Source: a virus
Taxonomy: Duplodnaviria > Caudoviricetes
DNA length: 64,000 bases
Virus record (IMG/VR): IMGVR_UViG_3300043464_001162
Span: 1 to 64,000 of that record
Direction: 5' to 3' (one strand)
Below, piece after piece: positions 1 through 9,026 of this stretch. Both the position numbers and the translations under genes were made by a program. The first letter of the stretch is position 1. Every line of letters begins with the position of its first letter. The notes below the pieces were generated by a model. It was not told the origin of the DNA. It was given only the letters and a program-made list of their open reading frames with translations, and did not search any database.

Positions 1-2
1 GT

Positions 3-443
3 AAAGAAATTGATTTTATTTTAAATTATGGTGTTAAGAAATGTATAGAATTATTTAAAAAAGATAAAAACGTTGAAGAAGTTGATTATTGTTTATATCC
101 ATGGATTTTTATTTCAAGAAATGAGAACACACAATCTCATTATCATAATCACACAATGTTTTCTCCACATGTAAAAAAATCAATAGAAAGCAATTATACA
201 TTCACATATTATGTACAAATGCCGAATAATTTAAATGGGAACGATGGTAAATTATTTTTTGTGGATAACGAAGATAATGTACAAAGGATGTTTTTACCAG
301 AAGAAAATGAACTCGTTATTTTCCCCGCAGATGTATATCATAGACCTGATACTTCTATTAATTCTACTATCGATAGAATTGTAATTGCAGGAAATGTATT
401 ATTTGATTTTCCAATTTTAAAAGAGAAAAAAACATTGATGTGA
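3..443 (+). CDS. 2OG-Fe(II) oxygenase-like protein, 5'-truncated by the window edge
   Basis: Frame is open from base 3, upstream of the ORF-track start at 156. HYHNH metal motif, GKLFF, distal YH and RIVIAGN pattern of DSBH oxygenases. Confidence 0.7.
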   Translation, partial: KEIDFILNYGVKKCIELFKKDKNVEEVDYCLYPWIFISRNENTQSHYHNHTMFSPHVKKSIESNYTFTYYVQMPNNLNGNDGKLFFVDNEDNVQRMFLPEENELVIFPADVYHRPDTSINSTIDRIVIAGNVLFDFPILKEKKTLM

Positions 444-1498
444 GTCAAAAGGAAGAAATACTAAAAAAATATCTATGTACAACTCCATTTGTTTATTTAG
501 AGGCACATAAAAATGGAGTTTATAGTTGTTGTCCCTCATGGTTACCTGATAGATTATGTAGTTTAGATGATATTGAAACCGCTTGGGAAAGTGAAACACT
601 AAAAAATATTCAAGAATCCATTATAGATGGTTCGTATAAATATTGTTCAAAAACGCAATGCCCATATTTATCAAATTTAATAAATAATAAACAAATACCC
701 CAAGGTTTTATTTCTAAAGAAAATTTTAAATACGAAAAATACAAAAAAGGGCCTACTAATATAAATTTTGCATTTGACAGAAGTTGTAATTTATCATGTC
801 CATCTTGTAGAAATGTTGCAATTATGGCAGATGGAAGTGAATTAGAATTTATTGATAATACAATAAATAAAATTGCCGATGTTTATGGTAAAAATATAAA
901 GATGTTATATCTTTCAGGGTCAGCTGACCCATTTGCTTCAAAATCAATTAGAAAATTGTTACTAAATTTTGATAATAAAAAATTCCCAAATGTAAAACAA
1001 ATTCATTTACATACCAATGGATTATTATTAAATGAAAAAATGTGGAATAGTTTAAGCCACATACACCATTTAATAAAAACAATAGAAATAAGTATAGATG
1101 CATCAACTCAAAAAACATATGAAATTATTAGAAGAGGTGGGGATTGGGGTGTTTTAATTGAAAACTTAAATTTTATTTCTAAATGTGAAACAATAAAAAA
1201 AGTTAGAGCTTCATTCGTTGTGCAAGATACAAATTACACAGAGATGGACTCATTTTATAAATTGATGAAAAATATACTTAAAGAAAAGGTTGAAATATAT
1301 TTTAATAAAATTACAAATTGGGGAACATATAGTGATGGTGAATTTTTAATAAAACAAATATGGTCAGAATCACATCCTGAATTTAAAGAATTTTTAAATG
1401 AAATAAATAAAGTTTGTTTTAATCAAATGTGTATTCATAATATGAATGATATAATTAAAAAACACAAATTAAGAAAAAACTTATCAAAACTTTTATGA
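440..1498 (+). CDS. Radical SAM protein with N-terminal SPASM/Twitch-like Cys cluster
   Basis: CNLSCPSC (CxxxCxxC), GSADPF, HTNG, ISIDA. N-terminal C..CC..C..C. GTG start overlaps the upstream stop. Confidence 0.85.
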   Translation: MSQKEEILKKYLCTTPFVYLEAHKNGVYSCCPSWLPDRLCSLDDIETAWESETLKNIQESIIDGSYKYCSKTQCPYLSNLINNKQIPQGFISKENFKYEKYKKGPTNINFAFDRSCNLSCPSCRNVAIMADGSELEFIDNTINKIADVYGKNIKMLYLSGSADPFASKSIRKLLLNFDNKKFPNVKQIHLHTNGLLLNEKMWNSLSHIHHLIKTIEISIDASTQKTYEIIRRGGDWGVLIENLNFISKCETIKKVRASFVVQDTNYTEMDSFYKLMKNILKEKVEIYFNKITNWGTYSDGEFLIKQIWSESHPEFKEFLNEINKVCFNQMCIHNMNDIIKKHKLRKNLSKLL

Positions 1499-1995
1499 TA
1501 TTAAAACAAAAAATATTATTTAATCAAGAAGAATGTCAATCAATTATTGATATATCAAAATCAAAAAAACAAAATTGGAACTATAAAGATAGAATGTATG
1601 AATCAATGAGTATAGAATATAATAAAAATACTATTTGGTTATTTGATAAGTTGAAGGAGTTTTTACAAAAGGAAACAAACATTCAAATCAGAACAATAAA
1701 CAAAAGGATACATTTTCATAAATTTACGAAAGGTGATTGGTTCGGAAAACATAACGATATTAGAGACGATAGGGTATATGCTGTTGGTGTTTTATTAAAT
1801 AATGATTTTAGTGGTGGTGATTTTAAATTATACAATCCAGATGAAATAATTTTAAATAAAGTAGTTGGAAACACCTATTTATTTGATGTAAGAATTGAAC
1901 ATGAAATAACATCTATTTTAGATGGGGAAAGATATTCATTACTTTGGTTTTTACAAAATGAACATATAAAATTAGAAACGAATAAATTAATATGA
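1495..1995 (+). CDS. 2OG-Fe(II) oxygenase, prolyl-4-hydroxylase-like
   Basis: HND ... LNNDFSGGDF ... EHE ... GERYSL (HxD..H..RxS). Confidence 0.85.
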   Translation: MILKQKILFNQEECQSIIDISKSKKQNWNYKDRMYESMSIEYNKNTIWLFDKLKEFLQKETNIQIRTINKRIHFHKFTKGDWFGKHNDIRDDRVYAVGVLLNNDFSGGDFKLYNPDEIILNKVVGNTYLFDVRIEHEITSILDGERYSLLWFLQNEHIKLETNKLI

Positions 1996-2501
1996 AAATT
2001 CTAATAATATGTTTACCTAGAACGGGGTCTACATCTTTAACAAATAAAATAGCCGATGATAATAATTTAAATCCTATATTTGAACCATTTGATGGTCAAA
2101 ATAGAGTTATTTATAATGGAGAAGATAATGTAGTTTTAAAAACAATTATAGACCAAACATACCCAATAGGCCAAAAAGATTATGTAAATTATTGGTTTAA
2201 TAAATCTAAAGAATTTGATAAAATTATTTTATTATCAAGAAAGGATTTAAAAGCATGTGCAGAGAGTTTATCGTTTTTGGATTATAATCACCGAAATGGA
2301 TTTCAATATAATGAAAAATATGAATGGCATTCAACTCCAAATTTTAATCAATGGTATAAATATGTAATTAGTAAAAATGAAGATTTACATATATTGGGTA
2401 AATTATTGAATATTGATATTATTTATTATGAAGATATATTCGATTTAAATTCAACAGAAAGATTAAGGGTAGGTAATTTAAAATTAAGTTCATTAATTTA
2501 A
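1992..2501 (+). CDS. Sulfotransferase-like protein
   Basis: N-terminal LPRTGSTSL (5'-PAPS-binding loop), FEPF, ILLSRKD and YYEDI motifs. Confidence 0.7.
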   Translation: MKILIICLPRTGSTSLTNKIADDNNLNPIFEPFDGQNRVIYNGEDNVVLKTIIDQTYPIGQKDYVNYWFNKSKEFDKIILLSRKDLKACAESLSFLDYNHRNGFQYNEKYEWHSTPNFNQWYKYVISKNEDLHILGKLLNIDIIYYEDIFDLNSTERLRVGNLKLSSLI

Positions 2502-2502
2502 A

Positions 2503-2534
2503 TTTGGTATTATCAAATATTTTTCGTATATTAG
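2503..2534 (+). promoter_or_regulatory. Bacteroidota-type sigma70 promoter (early/middle)
   Basis: TTTG(2503)-N20-TATATTAG(2527), resembling the -33 TTTG / -7 TAnnTTTG consensus. Same motif and spacing recur at 3651, 5052, 27202 and 42733. Confidence 0.7.
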
Positions 2535-2563
2535 AGTATTATAAATGATTAAACTCTAAAATT

Positions 2564-3205
2564 ATGAAAACAGAACAAGAATTAAAAGTAAATTACGATA
2601 GATTTATCGGAATTATCAAAAAATATTTCAAAGGAGAAAGATTGGAGAAATTACTCCATATGTATTCCGAAGATGAATTGGGTGTTAACCTTACACTATC
2701 TGCCGCATCTGGCTCAAAACACTATCATAACGCATATATAGGTGGGTATATAGACCACATCTTTAATGTATGTAAGAACGCTCTTAAAATGAGAGACCTG
2801 TTCGTAATGCAAGGTGGAGAGATTGATTTCACCGAAGAAGAATTGATATTTAGTTGTCTACACCACGACTTAGGAAAGTTAGGTGTTAAAGGTGAATTAC
2901 ATTATTTACCAAATCAGGAAGAATGGTCTCAAAAGAAATACGGAACTTTGTTTGTTCGCAATGAGAATATTCCATATATGACATTAACTGATAGAACTTT
3001 CTTTACATTGAACCATTATGGTATTCAGTATAATGAGAAAGAGTATTTTGCAATCAAACTTACCGATGGTATGTATGATGAAGATAATCAAAAGTATTTA
3101 GCAGGTCACGACTTAAAGAAACAATTAGTTTATAAGTTACAATTTATTATGCATTGGGCAGACCATATGTCTACAATCATTGAAAGACAAGATAACATAC
3201 TTTAA
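2564..3205 (+). CDS. HD-domain phosphohydrolase
   Basis: H...GGYIDH...HHDLGK...HWAD metal-binding pattern. Confidence 0.75.
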   Translation: MKTEQELKVNYDRFIGIIKKYFKGERLEKLLHMYSEDELGVNLTLSAASGSKHYHNAYIGGYIDHIFNVCKNALKMRDLFVMQGGEIDFTEEELIFSCLHHDLGKLGVKGELHYLPNQEEWSQKKYGTLFVRNENIPYMTLTDRTFFTLNHYGIQYNEKEYFAIKLTDGMYDEDNQKYLAGHDLKKQLVYKLQFIMHWADHMSTIIERQDNIL

Positions 3206-3245
3206 TGTCAAAATGTCAAAAGTAGTCCTTTGGTATAGTATTTGG
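3205..3245 (+). promoter_or_regulatory. Putative heat-shock/sigma54-like promoter with tandem ATGTCAAA repeat
   Basis: ATGTCAAA x2 (3205-3220), then TGGTATAGTATTTGG (GG-N10-GG), directly upstream of Hsp20. Confidence 0.35.
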
Positions 3246-3281
3246 ACTATATAGAGTATTATTAACAAAAAAACATTTATT

Positions 3282-3659
3282 ATGTACACAATTGATTACA
3301 GTAAATTATTCGAAGAGTTCTTTAATGAACCAAAAACAACAACTTATGTTCCAAACAAATTCGCAGTAGACATTAAAGATGAATCTGCAACAATTGCATT
3401 ATCGGTATTAGGCCACGACCCTAAAGATATTGAAATTAATTGCTTTGAGGACAAAATAGAAATTAAAGCTAAAAAGATAGGAGAGGATAAAGAAAGTCCT
3501 TTTAATCAATTAGTTTCAGACATCGAAGAACGAATCCAAGTAGGTAAAAACTTTGATGGTAAAAAAGCAAAAGCTGATATTAAAAATGGAATTCTTTTAA
3601 TTACCATTGAAAGAAAGGAAGAGTCCAAACCAAAAAAATTAACCTTAAAATTAGGTTAA
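3282..3659 (+). CDS. Small heat shock protein (Hsp20/alpha-crystallin)
   Basis: 125 aa; VLGHDPKDIEI and AKADIKNGILLITI alpha-crystallin motifs, plus a C-terminal LTL (IxI-like) motif. Confidence 0.85.
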   Translation: MYTIDYSKLFEEFFNEPKTTTYVPNKFAVDIKDESATIALSVLGHDPKDIEINCFEDKIEIKAKKIGEDKESPFNQLVSDIEERIQVGKNFDGKKAKADIKNGILLITIERKEESKPKKLTLKLG

Positions 3660-3682
3660 TTCAGTTATTTTTCGTATATTGA
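3651..3682 (+). promoter_or_regulatory. Bacteroidota-type promoter (variant)
   Basis: TTAG(3651)-N20-TATATTGA(3675), preceded by TTTTCG as in the other copies. Confidence 0.5.
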
Positions 3683-3716
3683 AAAGGTAGGAGATTAAAC
3701 ACTTCTACCTTTTTTA
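3682..3716 (+). terminator. Rho-independent terminator after Hsp20
   Basis: Stem AAAAGGTAGGAG / CTTCTACCTTTT (one G-U pair), 8-nt loop, followed by a T run. Confidence 0.75.
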
Positions 3717-3726
3717 TTATAAACAA

Positions 3727-3736
3727 ATATTTATTA
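3727..3736 (+). promoter_or_regulatory. Putative late promoter ATATTTAT(T/A)
   Basis: CAAATATTTATTACTA is identical over 16 bp to 12082-12097. Confidence 0.5.
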
Positions 3737-3738
3737 CT

Positions 3739-3915
3739 ATGATATACAACGAAAAAATACAAATGTTATTAGAATCTTTAGACGGAAAATTAAGGATTTT
3801 ACAAAACGGAATTACTGGTGCACAATCAATGACACCATCGGTTGCTCACACTACTTTGGAAGATGCAAGAAAGATAGTAGAGCGCGTTGCCGAATTAACC
3901 AGAATCAATCGATAA
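3739..3915 (+). CDS. Hypothetical 58-aa protein (not in ORF track)
   Basis: MIYNEKIQMLLESLDGKLRILQNG...RINR*. Fills the gap, and its stop abuts the next ATG. Confidence 0.7.
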   Translation: MIYNEKIQMLLESLDGKLRILQNGITGAQSMTPSVAHTTLEDARKIVERVAELTRINR

Positions 3916-5049
3916 ATGAATTGGCTTAAATATTTAGTCGGATTTTCTGCACTAATTATTGCCGGATGTGCAGCTTATTTCTCCGTAACAGGTTTGGGTG
4001 TTCTATTTAGTGGTGCGGCAGTATCGGTTATGGTAATGGCAGGTGCATTGGAGTTTGCAAAGTTAGTTGCTGCAACTTATCTAAAACAAGAGTGGGAAAA
4101 CATAAAAGGATTTAATAAGTGGTATTTGACCTCTGCCGTTGCATTATTGATGTTAATCACTTCTGCAGGTATATTTGGATATCTTTCCAATGCATTCCAA
4201 TCTCAGTCCTTAAAATTGCAACAGGTAGATAGAGAAGTTTTAGTATATTCTACTAAAATTGACCAAAATACTGCACAAATTACTCAATTAAACACCCAAT
4301 TGGGTCAGTTATCGTCAACTCAAAACACAATTTTAGATAAAGGTAAGGTAAATTCTCGTCTTTTGCGTTCAATAGACCAAAAAGATAGACAAACTGCTCA
4401 AATTAACAAAAAAATCGAAATTTTACAAACGGAAAATGCTAAAAATAACGAAAAAATCAACGAAATTAAGACCTCAAACTTAGATTTGGAGAAAGAAGTG
4501 GGTGGTTTTAGGTTTATTGCCGAAGCATTTGGTATGGAACTAAAAAATGTAGTAAAATTCTTTATATTTTTGATTGTAATTGTGTTTGACCCACTGGCAG
4601 TTGCTTTAATTATCGCATTTAATGGTTTAATTGAAACTAAAAAACAAAAACAAAGAAGGCTTTTGGGTGAAATTATAGAAAATGACGAAAAATTAGGTTT
4701 ATATGATAATTTAGATGATTTAATGGAAGAAAACTATAAAGGTTACGAAGTTTACGGAGATAATATTGTTAACGAAATCGAAAAAAATGAGATTAACGAG
4801 AAAAAAGAAGATACAAATGTTGAATCTACTGATGTTGTGGTTGATGATACACCTACTTCTGAAAATGTAGAAGAAACCCTTCCAGATTTAAAATGGGAAG
4901 AATACATGCATCCAGAATTTCCTTGGAATAAAAGAAATTTATGGATAAATAACCCAAAGGCCGTTAATTATTGGTTATCAACTAAGGGTGGTAATGTTAG
5001 AGAGTTATCCAGATTGAGAAGTGAAAATGAAAATATTAAAACTTATTAA
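3916..5049 (+). CDS. Membrane protein with coiled-coil region
   Basis: Three N-terminal hydrophobic segments, a Q/N/K-rich heptad region, a further TM (FFIFLIVIVFDPLAVALIIA) and an acidic tail. Confidence 0.75.
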   Translation: MNWLKYLVGFSALIIAGCAAYFSVTGLGVLFSGAAVSVMVMAGALEFAKLVAATYLKQEWENIKGFNKWYLTSAVALLMLITSAGIFGYLSNAFQSQSLKLQQVDREVLVYSTKIDQNTAQITQLNTQLGQLSSTQNTILDKGKVNSRLLRSIDQKDRQTAQINKKIEILQTENAKNNEKINEIKTSNLDLEKEVGGFRFIAEAFGMELKNVVKFFIFLIVIVFDPLAVALIIAFNGLIETKKQKQRRLLGEIIENDEKLGLYDNLDDLMEENYKGYEVYGDNIVNEIEKNEINEKKEDTNVESTDVVVDDTPTSENVEETLPDLKWEEYMHPEFPWNKRNLWINNPKAVNYWLSTKGGNVRELSRLRSENENIKTY

Positions 5050-5051
5050 TA

Positions 5052-5083
5052 TTTGGTAAATTAGAATTATTTTCGTATATTAG
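5052..5083 (+). promoter_or_regulatory. Bacteroidota-type sigma70 promoter
   Basis: TTTG(5052)-N20-TATATTAG(5076). Confidence 0.7.
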
Positions 5084-5102
5084 AAATACGAAATTATAAT
5101 TT

Positions 5103-5510
5103 ATGAAAAAATATGCATTATTCATCGGAAGATGGCAAACATGGCACAAAGGACATGAGTGGTTAATCAATCAACAATTAGAAAACGGAAAAAATTGTTG
5201 GGTTGCAATTAGAGATGTACAAAAGGATGAAAATAATCCAAAATCAGCACAAGAAGTATTACAAGAATTACAAAATGAACCATTTTTTACTCAAAATTGG
5301 AATAAAATCTTATTATCAATAATTCCAGATATTGAATCGGTAAACTATGGTAGAGGAGTGGGATATGAGGTAATTTATCACGAACCACCAAAAGAAATCG
5401 AAAAAATTAGTGGAACTGCAATTAGACAAAAATACATTGACTCAAATGGTGATGTAATTGTTTATAATATTGAAAAAAATGATAGTAGAGAGGAAACGAC
5501 ACATAGCTAA
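5103..5510 (+). CDS. HIGH-superfamily (cytidylyltransferase-like) nucleotidyltransferase
   Basis: FIGRWQTWHKGH (HxGH) and ISGTAIR motifs. Confidence 0.8.
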   Translation: MKKYALFIGRWQTWHKGHEWLINQQLENGKNCWVAIRDVQKDENNPKSAQEVLQELQNEPFFTQNWNKILLSIIPDIESVNYGRGVGYEVIYHEPPKEIEKISGTAIRQKYIDSNGDVIVYNIEKNDSREETTHS

Positions 5511-5688
5511 AACTATTTCTTATCGTGTTATATCTACATTAGTCGGATTTGGTATAATGTGGTGGGTAAGTGGTGATATAAAAGTAGGTGCAGCATTTGG
5601 AATTGCAGAATTGGTGTATAAACCTATTCAATATTACCTACACGAAAGAATTTGGTATAAATTTATAAAATACGGACTTAAAAAATAA
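5479..5688 (+). CDS. DUF2061-like small membrane protein
   Basis: KRHIAKTISYR ... YYLHERIW pattern. ATG at 5479 is preferred over the ORF-track start. Confidence 0.7.
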   Translation: MIVERKRHIAKTISYRVISTLVGFGIMWWVSGDIKVGAAFGIAELVYKPIQYYLHERIWYKFIKYGLKK

Positions 5689-5691
5689 AAA

Positions 5692-6327
5692 ATGAAATTA
5701 GTAGTAGACAAAAATCAATTTGGTTTAGAAACTCAGGAATTTAGAGAATATCTAAAAACACCTGTATTAAAAAGTGAAATCACACAAGATGAAGCTGATG
5801 AGTTAAGAATGAAATTAACACAAGCTTTGATAGAAAATCCAGGCTTAGGTATATCGGCAACACAAATTGGTATTAAAAAAAGAGCATGTTATATTCAATT
5901 TGGAGATGAAGAATTATTCTTAGTAAATCCAATTATAAAAGAAAAGTCAAAAGAAGGATTCTTATTTATGGAAGGATGTTTATCAATTCCATCAACATTA
6001 AGGTCACCAATTAGAACTATTAGAGCTTCTAAAGTTGTAATAGATACGGATAATTTGGGAGAATTAACTTTTGAAATCAATCCAGAAGGGGATGAGGCAA
6101 ACAAAACAGTTTCAAAGGAAACAATGATGACGGTTATAGTTCAACATGAAATTGACCATTTAGACGGAATTACAATTAAAGATAGAGTATATAATACACA
6201 AATTGTCAAAAAAACTACATATGGTAGAAATGACAAGATTGTTATGAAGTCTCCAAAAGGTAATTTGGAAGAGATTAAATACAAACATGCAAACAAATAT
6301 TTTTTACAAGGATACGAAATCGTTTAA
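5692..6327 (+). CDS. def: Peptide deformylase
   Basis: All three PDF motifs are present: GLGISATQ, EGCLS, QHEIDHLDG. Confidence 0.93.
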   Translation: MKLVVDKNQFGLETQEFREYLKTPVLKSEITQDEADELRMKLTQALIENPGLGISATQIGIKKRACYIQFGDEELFLVNPIIKEKSKEGFLFMEGCLSIPSTLRSPIRTIRASKVVIDTDNLGELTFEINPEGDEANKTVSKETMMTVIVQHEIDHLDGITIKDRVYNTQIVKKTTYGRNDKIVMKSPKGNLEEIKYKHANKYFLQGYEIV

Positions 6328-6330
6328 TTT

Positions 6331-6606
6331 ATGGAATTAATGATAATAATTTTAACTATATTTTTAGCAATTGCGGGATATAGTGTATGGATTCTTCTAA
6401 ATAAATTAGAAAAATACGAAGATATCATTGAAGAAAATGATATATTTTTACAAACAGAGTTGGAAAGAAACGAAGCATTACTGGAGGCATTACGAGAAAT
6501 TGATACTCGTCAAATGTTTGAGAAGGATGATGAAGTAGGTTCTATATTTTATCAAATAAAAGAAACTATCGAAAAATTCAAAACAAAACAAAATGCCAGT
6601 AACTAA
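6331..6606 (+). CDS. Small single-TM coiled-coil protein
   Basis: N-terminal hydrophobic helix and an acidic heptad region; in operon. Confidence 0.7.
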   Translation: MELMIIILTIFLAIAGYSVWILLNKLEKYEDIIEENDIFLQTELERNEALLEALREIDTRQMFEKDDEVGSIFYQIKETIEKFKTKQNASN

Positions 6607-7297
6607 GAGGAAAAAGAGAGGCCCGAATAGACAATACTTTACAAAAGATACGGAAGATGCTATCATTGAATACAATCTAACCGATGACCAATCCATTAAG
6701 GATAAGTTATATAGAGAAAGAATTGCATCTGCATTCGACAAACTTGCAGAGATAGTTTATAACAAATGGAAATTTACTTACTTTGATGATGACCCCAAAG
6801 ATGTAATGGCAGAAGTTGTTACATTTATGATTGAAAAAATTCACATGTATAAAAGTGGTAAAGGTAAAGCATTCTCTTACTTTACAATTGTTGCAAGAAA
6901 CTATTTAATTTTAAATAATAATGCAAACTACAAAAGATATAAAGATACAGATATAATGTCTGGTTTACCTGAGTCTTTTGATACTGAAAATAACTTTAGA
7001 GAAGAGGAAAGAAATGATGAATTTAGAACTTTCAATGTTAGAATGTTGCAATATTGGGATAAACACTTAGAAAACTATTTCCCAAAGAAAAGAGATATGC
7101 AAATTGCAGATTCGGTATTAGAATTATTTAGAAGAGCAAATTATATAGAAAACTTTAATAAAAAATCATTATATCTTTTAATTAGAGAAATGACAGGACA
7201 TCCTACACATTATATAACCAAAGTTGTCAACAAAATGAAAGAAAGACAAATGGAATTATATAATGAATTTGATAAGTATGGTGATATAAAAATTTAA
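6593..7297 (+). CDS. Phage RNA polymerase sigma factor (T4 gp55-like)
   Basis: YFT...DVMAEVVTFMIEKIHMY...KAFSYFTIVARNY resembles sigma region 2 of phage late sigmas. Confidence 0.65.
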   Translation: MPVTKRKKRGPNRQYFTKDTEDAIIEYNLTDDQSIKDKLYRERIASAFDKLAEIVYNKWKFTYFDDDPKDVMAEVVTFMIEKIHMYKSGKGKAFSYFTIVARNYLILNNNANYKRYKDTDIMSGLPESFDTENNFREEERNDEFRTFNVRMLQYWDKHLENYFPKKRDMQIADSVLELFRRANYIENFNKKSLYLLIREMTGHPTHYITKVVNKMKERQMELYNEFDKYGDIKI

Positions 7298-7299
7298 AT

Positions 7300-9003
7300 A
7301 TGATACAATTAGGTTTATCAGGATTTTACCACGATTCAGCTGCAACAATCGTAATAGATGGTAAAGTGATATGTGCCATCGAAGAAGAGAAACTATCTGG
7401 AATTAAACATGATAGTTCTTTTCCGTTTAAGGCAATTCAATGGTGTTTAGAATACACAAAGATAACAATTGACGAAGTTGATATGGTTTGTTGGTATGAA
7501 GACCCGAATTTGAAATATGAAAGAGTTAAAGAAACGATTGGTAAATGGGGTGGTTTAAGATTTCCAATGAAATGGAGACAATTTAATAAAAGATGGAATG
7601 AAAATGAAGGTAATTTAAAGAAAATATTAAAATCCATCGGTTATGATGGAATTATTACTTATACCAAACATCATTTATCACATTTAGCACTATCTTATTA
7701 CACATCACCATTTGATTCAGCAATAGGGTTGTCAATTGATGGTGTAGGTGAAAGGGAAACGATATATGCGGCAATGTGTGATAACAAAGGATTTCACAAA
7801 ATACAAACATTACATTTTCCTCATTCATTGGGGTTAATCTATTCGGCATTTACTGCATATTTGGGATTCAAACCAAACGAAGGTGAGTATAAAGTAATGG
7901 GATTGGCACCATATGGTGATAAACAAAGATATCATAGTGTATTTGATAAGGTTGCAATAATAGGTGGTGAAATTGATATTGTAAAGATGGATATGTCTTA
8001 TTTTACATGGCATACATCTGATAATGATATGTTTAATAATAAGTTAATTGATTTGATTGGATTTCCTCCAAGATTTAAAGATGAACCCATAGAACAATGT
8101 CACAAAGATTTGGCTGCATCATTACAAAGATGGTATGAAGGTGCATTATACTTTGTTATTAATAGAATTACAAATATTTGGGAATGTGAAAATTTAGTAT
8201 TAGGTGGTGGTTGTGCATATAATGGAACAGCAAATGGTAAAATTAAAACATACACATCAATTAAAAATGTTTGGATTCCATTTGCACCATCCGATGCAGG
8301 TTCTGCAATTGGTGCATGTTTATATCATTATCACCAAACATTGGGTCACCCAAAAGTAAAAGGTGGTGATAATCAAAATCCATATTTGGGTGAAGAGTGG
8401 AGTAATGCCGAATTACTTAAAATTATCTTACAAAAGAGAGTTGGAGGTAATAATATTATGATGTATGATACTATGGATTTCTTATGTAAAGATGTTGCAA
8501 AATTGATTAATGATGGAAATATAGTTGGTTGGTTTCAAGGTAGAACTGAATTTGGTGCAAGAGCATTGGGTAATCGTTCTATATTGGGCAACCCACACCT
8601 ATCCGATATTAGAGATAGAATTAATAAGGTTGTCAAAAAGAGAGAAATGTTTAGACCATTTGCCCCTTCAGTTACAATTGAAGATTATAAAAAATATTTT
8701 ATATCACAAGAAGACGTTCCGTATATGAATCAGGTTGTCAAAGTTAGAAGTGGAGTAAACATTCCATCAGTAACCCATGTTGACAATTCTGCAAGAATAC
8801 AGACACTTAAAAGAGAAGATAACCCACTTTACTATGACTTACTAAAGGAGTTCGAAAAACTAACAGGAACACCTATTCTATTGAATACATCATTTAATTT
8901 AAAAGACCACACAATGACAAATGACCCAGAAAAAGCAATTTGGACGTTCCATAATTGTGATATGGATTACTTAGTTTTGGGTAAGTTTTTAATAAGTAAA
9001 TAA
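7300..9003 (+). CDS. Carbamoyltransferase (NodU/CmcH/TobZ family)
   Basis: HDSAA, EEEK, HHLSH, DGVGE, EYKVMGLAPYG, GGCAYN, GARALGNRS, KKREMFRPFAP and NTSFN motifs. Confidence 0.93.
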   Translation: MIQLGLSGFYHDSAATIVIDGKVICAIEEEKLSGIKHDSSFPFKAIQWCLEYTKITIDEVDMVCWYEDPNLKYERVKETIGKWGGLRFPMKWRQFNKRWNENEGNLKKILKSIGYDGIITYTKHHLSHLALSYYTSPFDSAIGLSIDGVGERETIYAAMCDNKGFHKIQTLHFPHSLGLIYSAFTAYLGFKPNEGEYKVMGLAPYGDKQRYHSVFDKVAIIGGEIDIVKMDMSYFTWHTSDNDMFNNKLIDLIGFPPRFKDEPIEQCHKDLAASLQRWYEGALYFVINRITNIWECENLVLGGGCAYNGTANGKIKTYTSIKNVWIPFAPSDAGSAIGACLYHYHQTLGHPKVKGGDNQNPYLGEEWSNAELLKIILQKRVGGNNIMMYDTMDFLCKDVAKLINDGNIVGWFQGRTEFGARALGNRSILGNPHLSDIRDRINKVVKKREMFRPFAPSVTIEDYKKYFISQEDVPYMNQVVKVRSGVNIPSVTHVDNSARIQTLKREDNPLYYDLLKEFEKLTGTPILLNTSFNLKDHTMTNDPEKAIWTFHNCDMDYLVLGKFLISK

Positions 9004-9026
9004 TTATTAGTACATAAACATATAAA

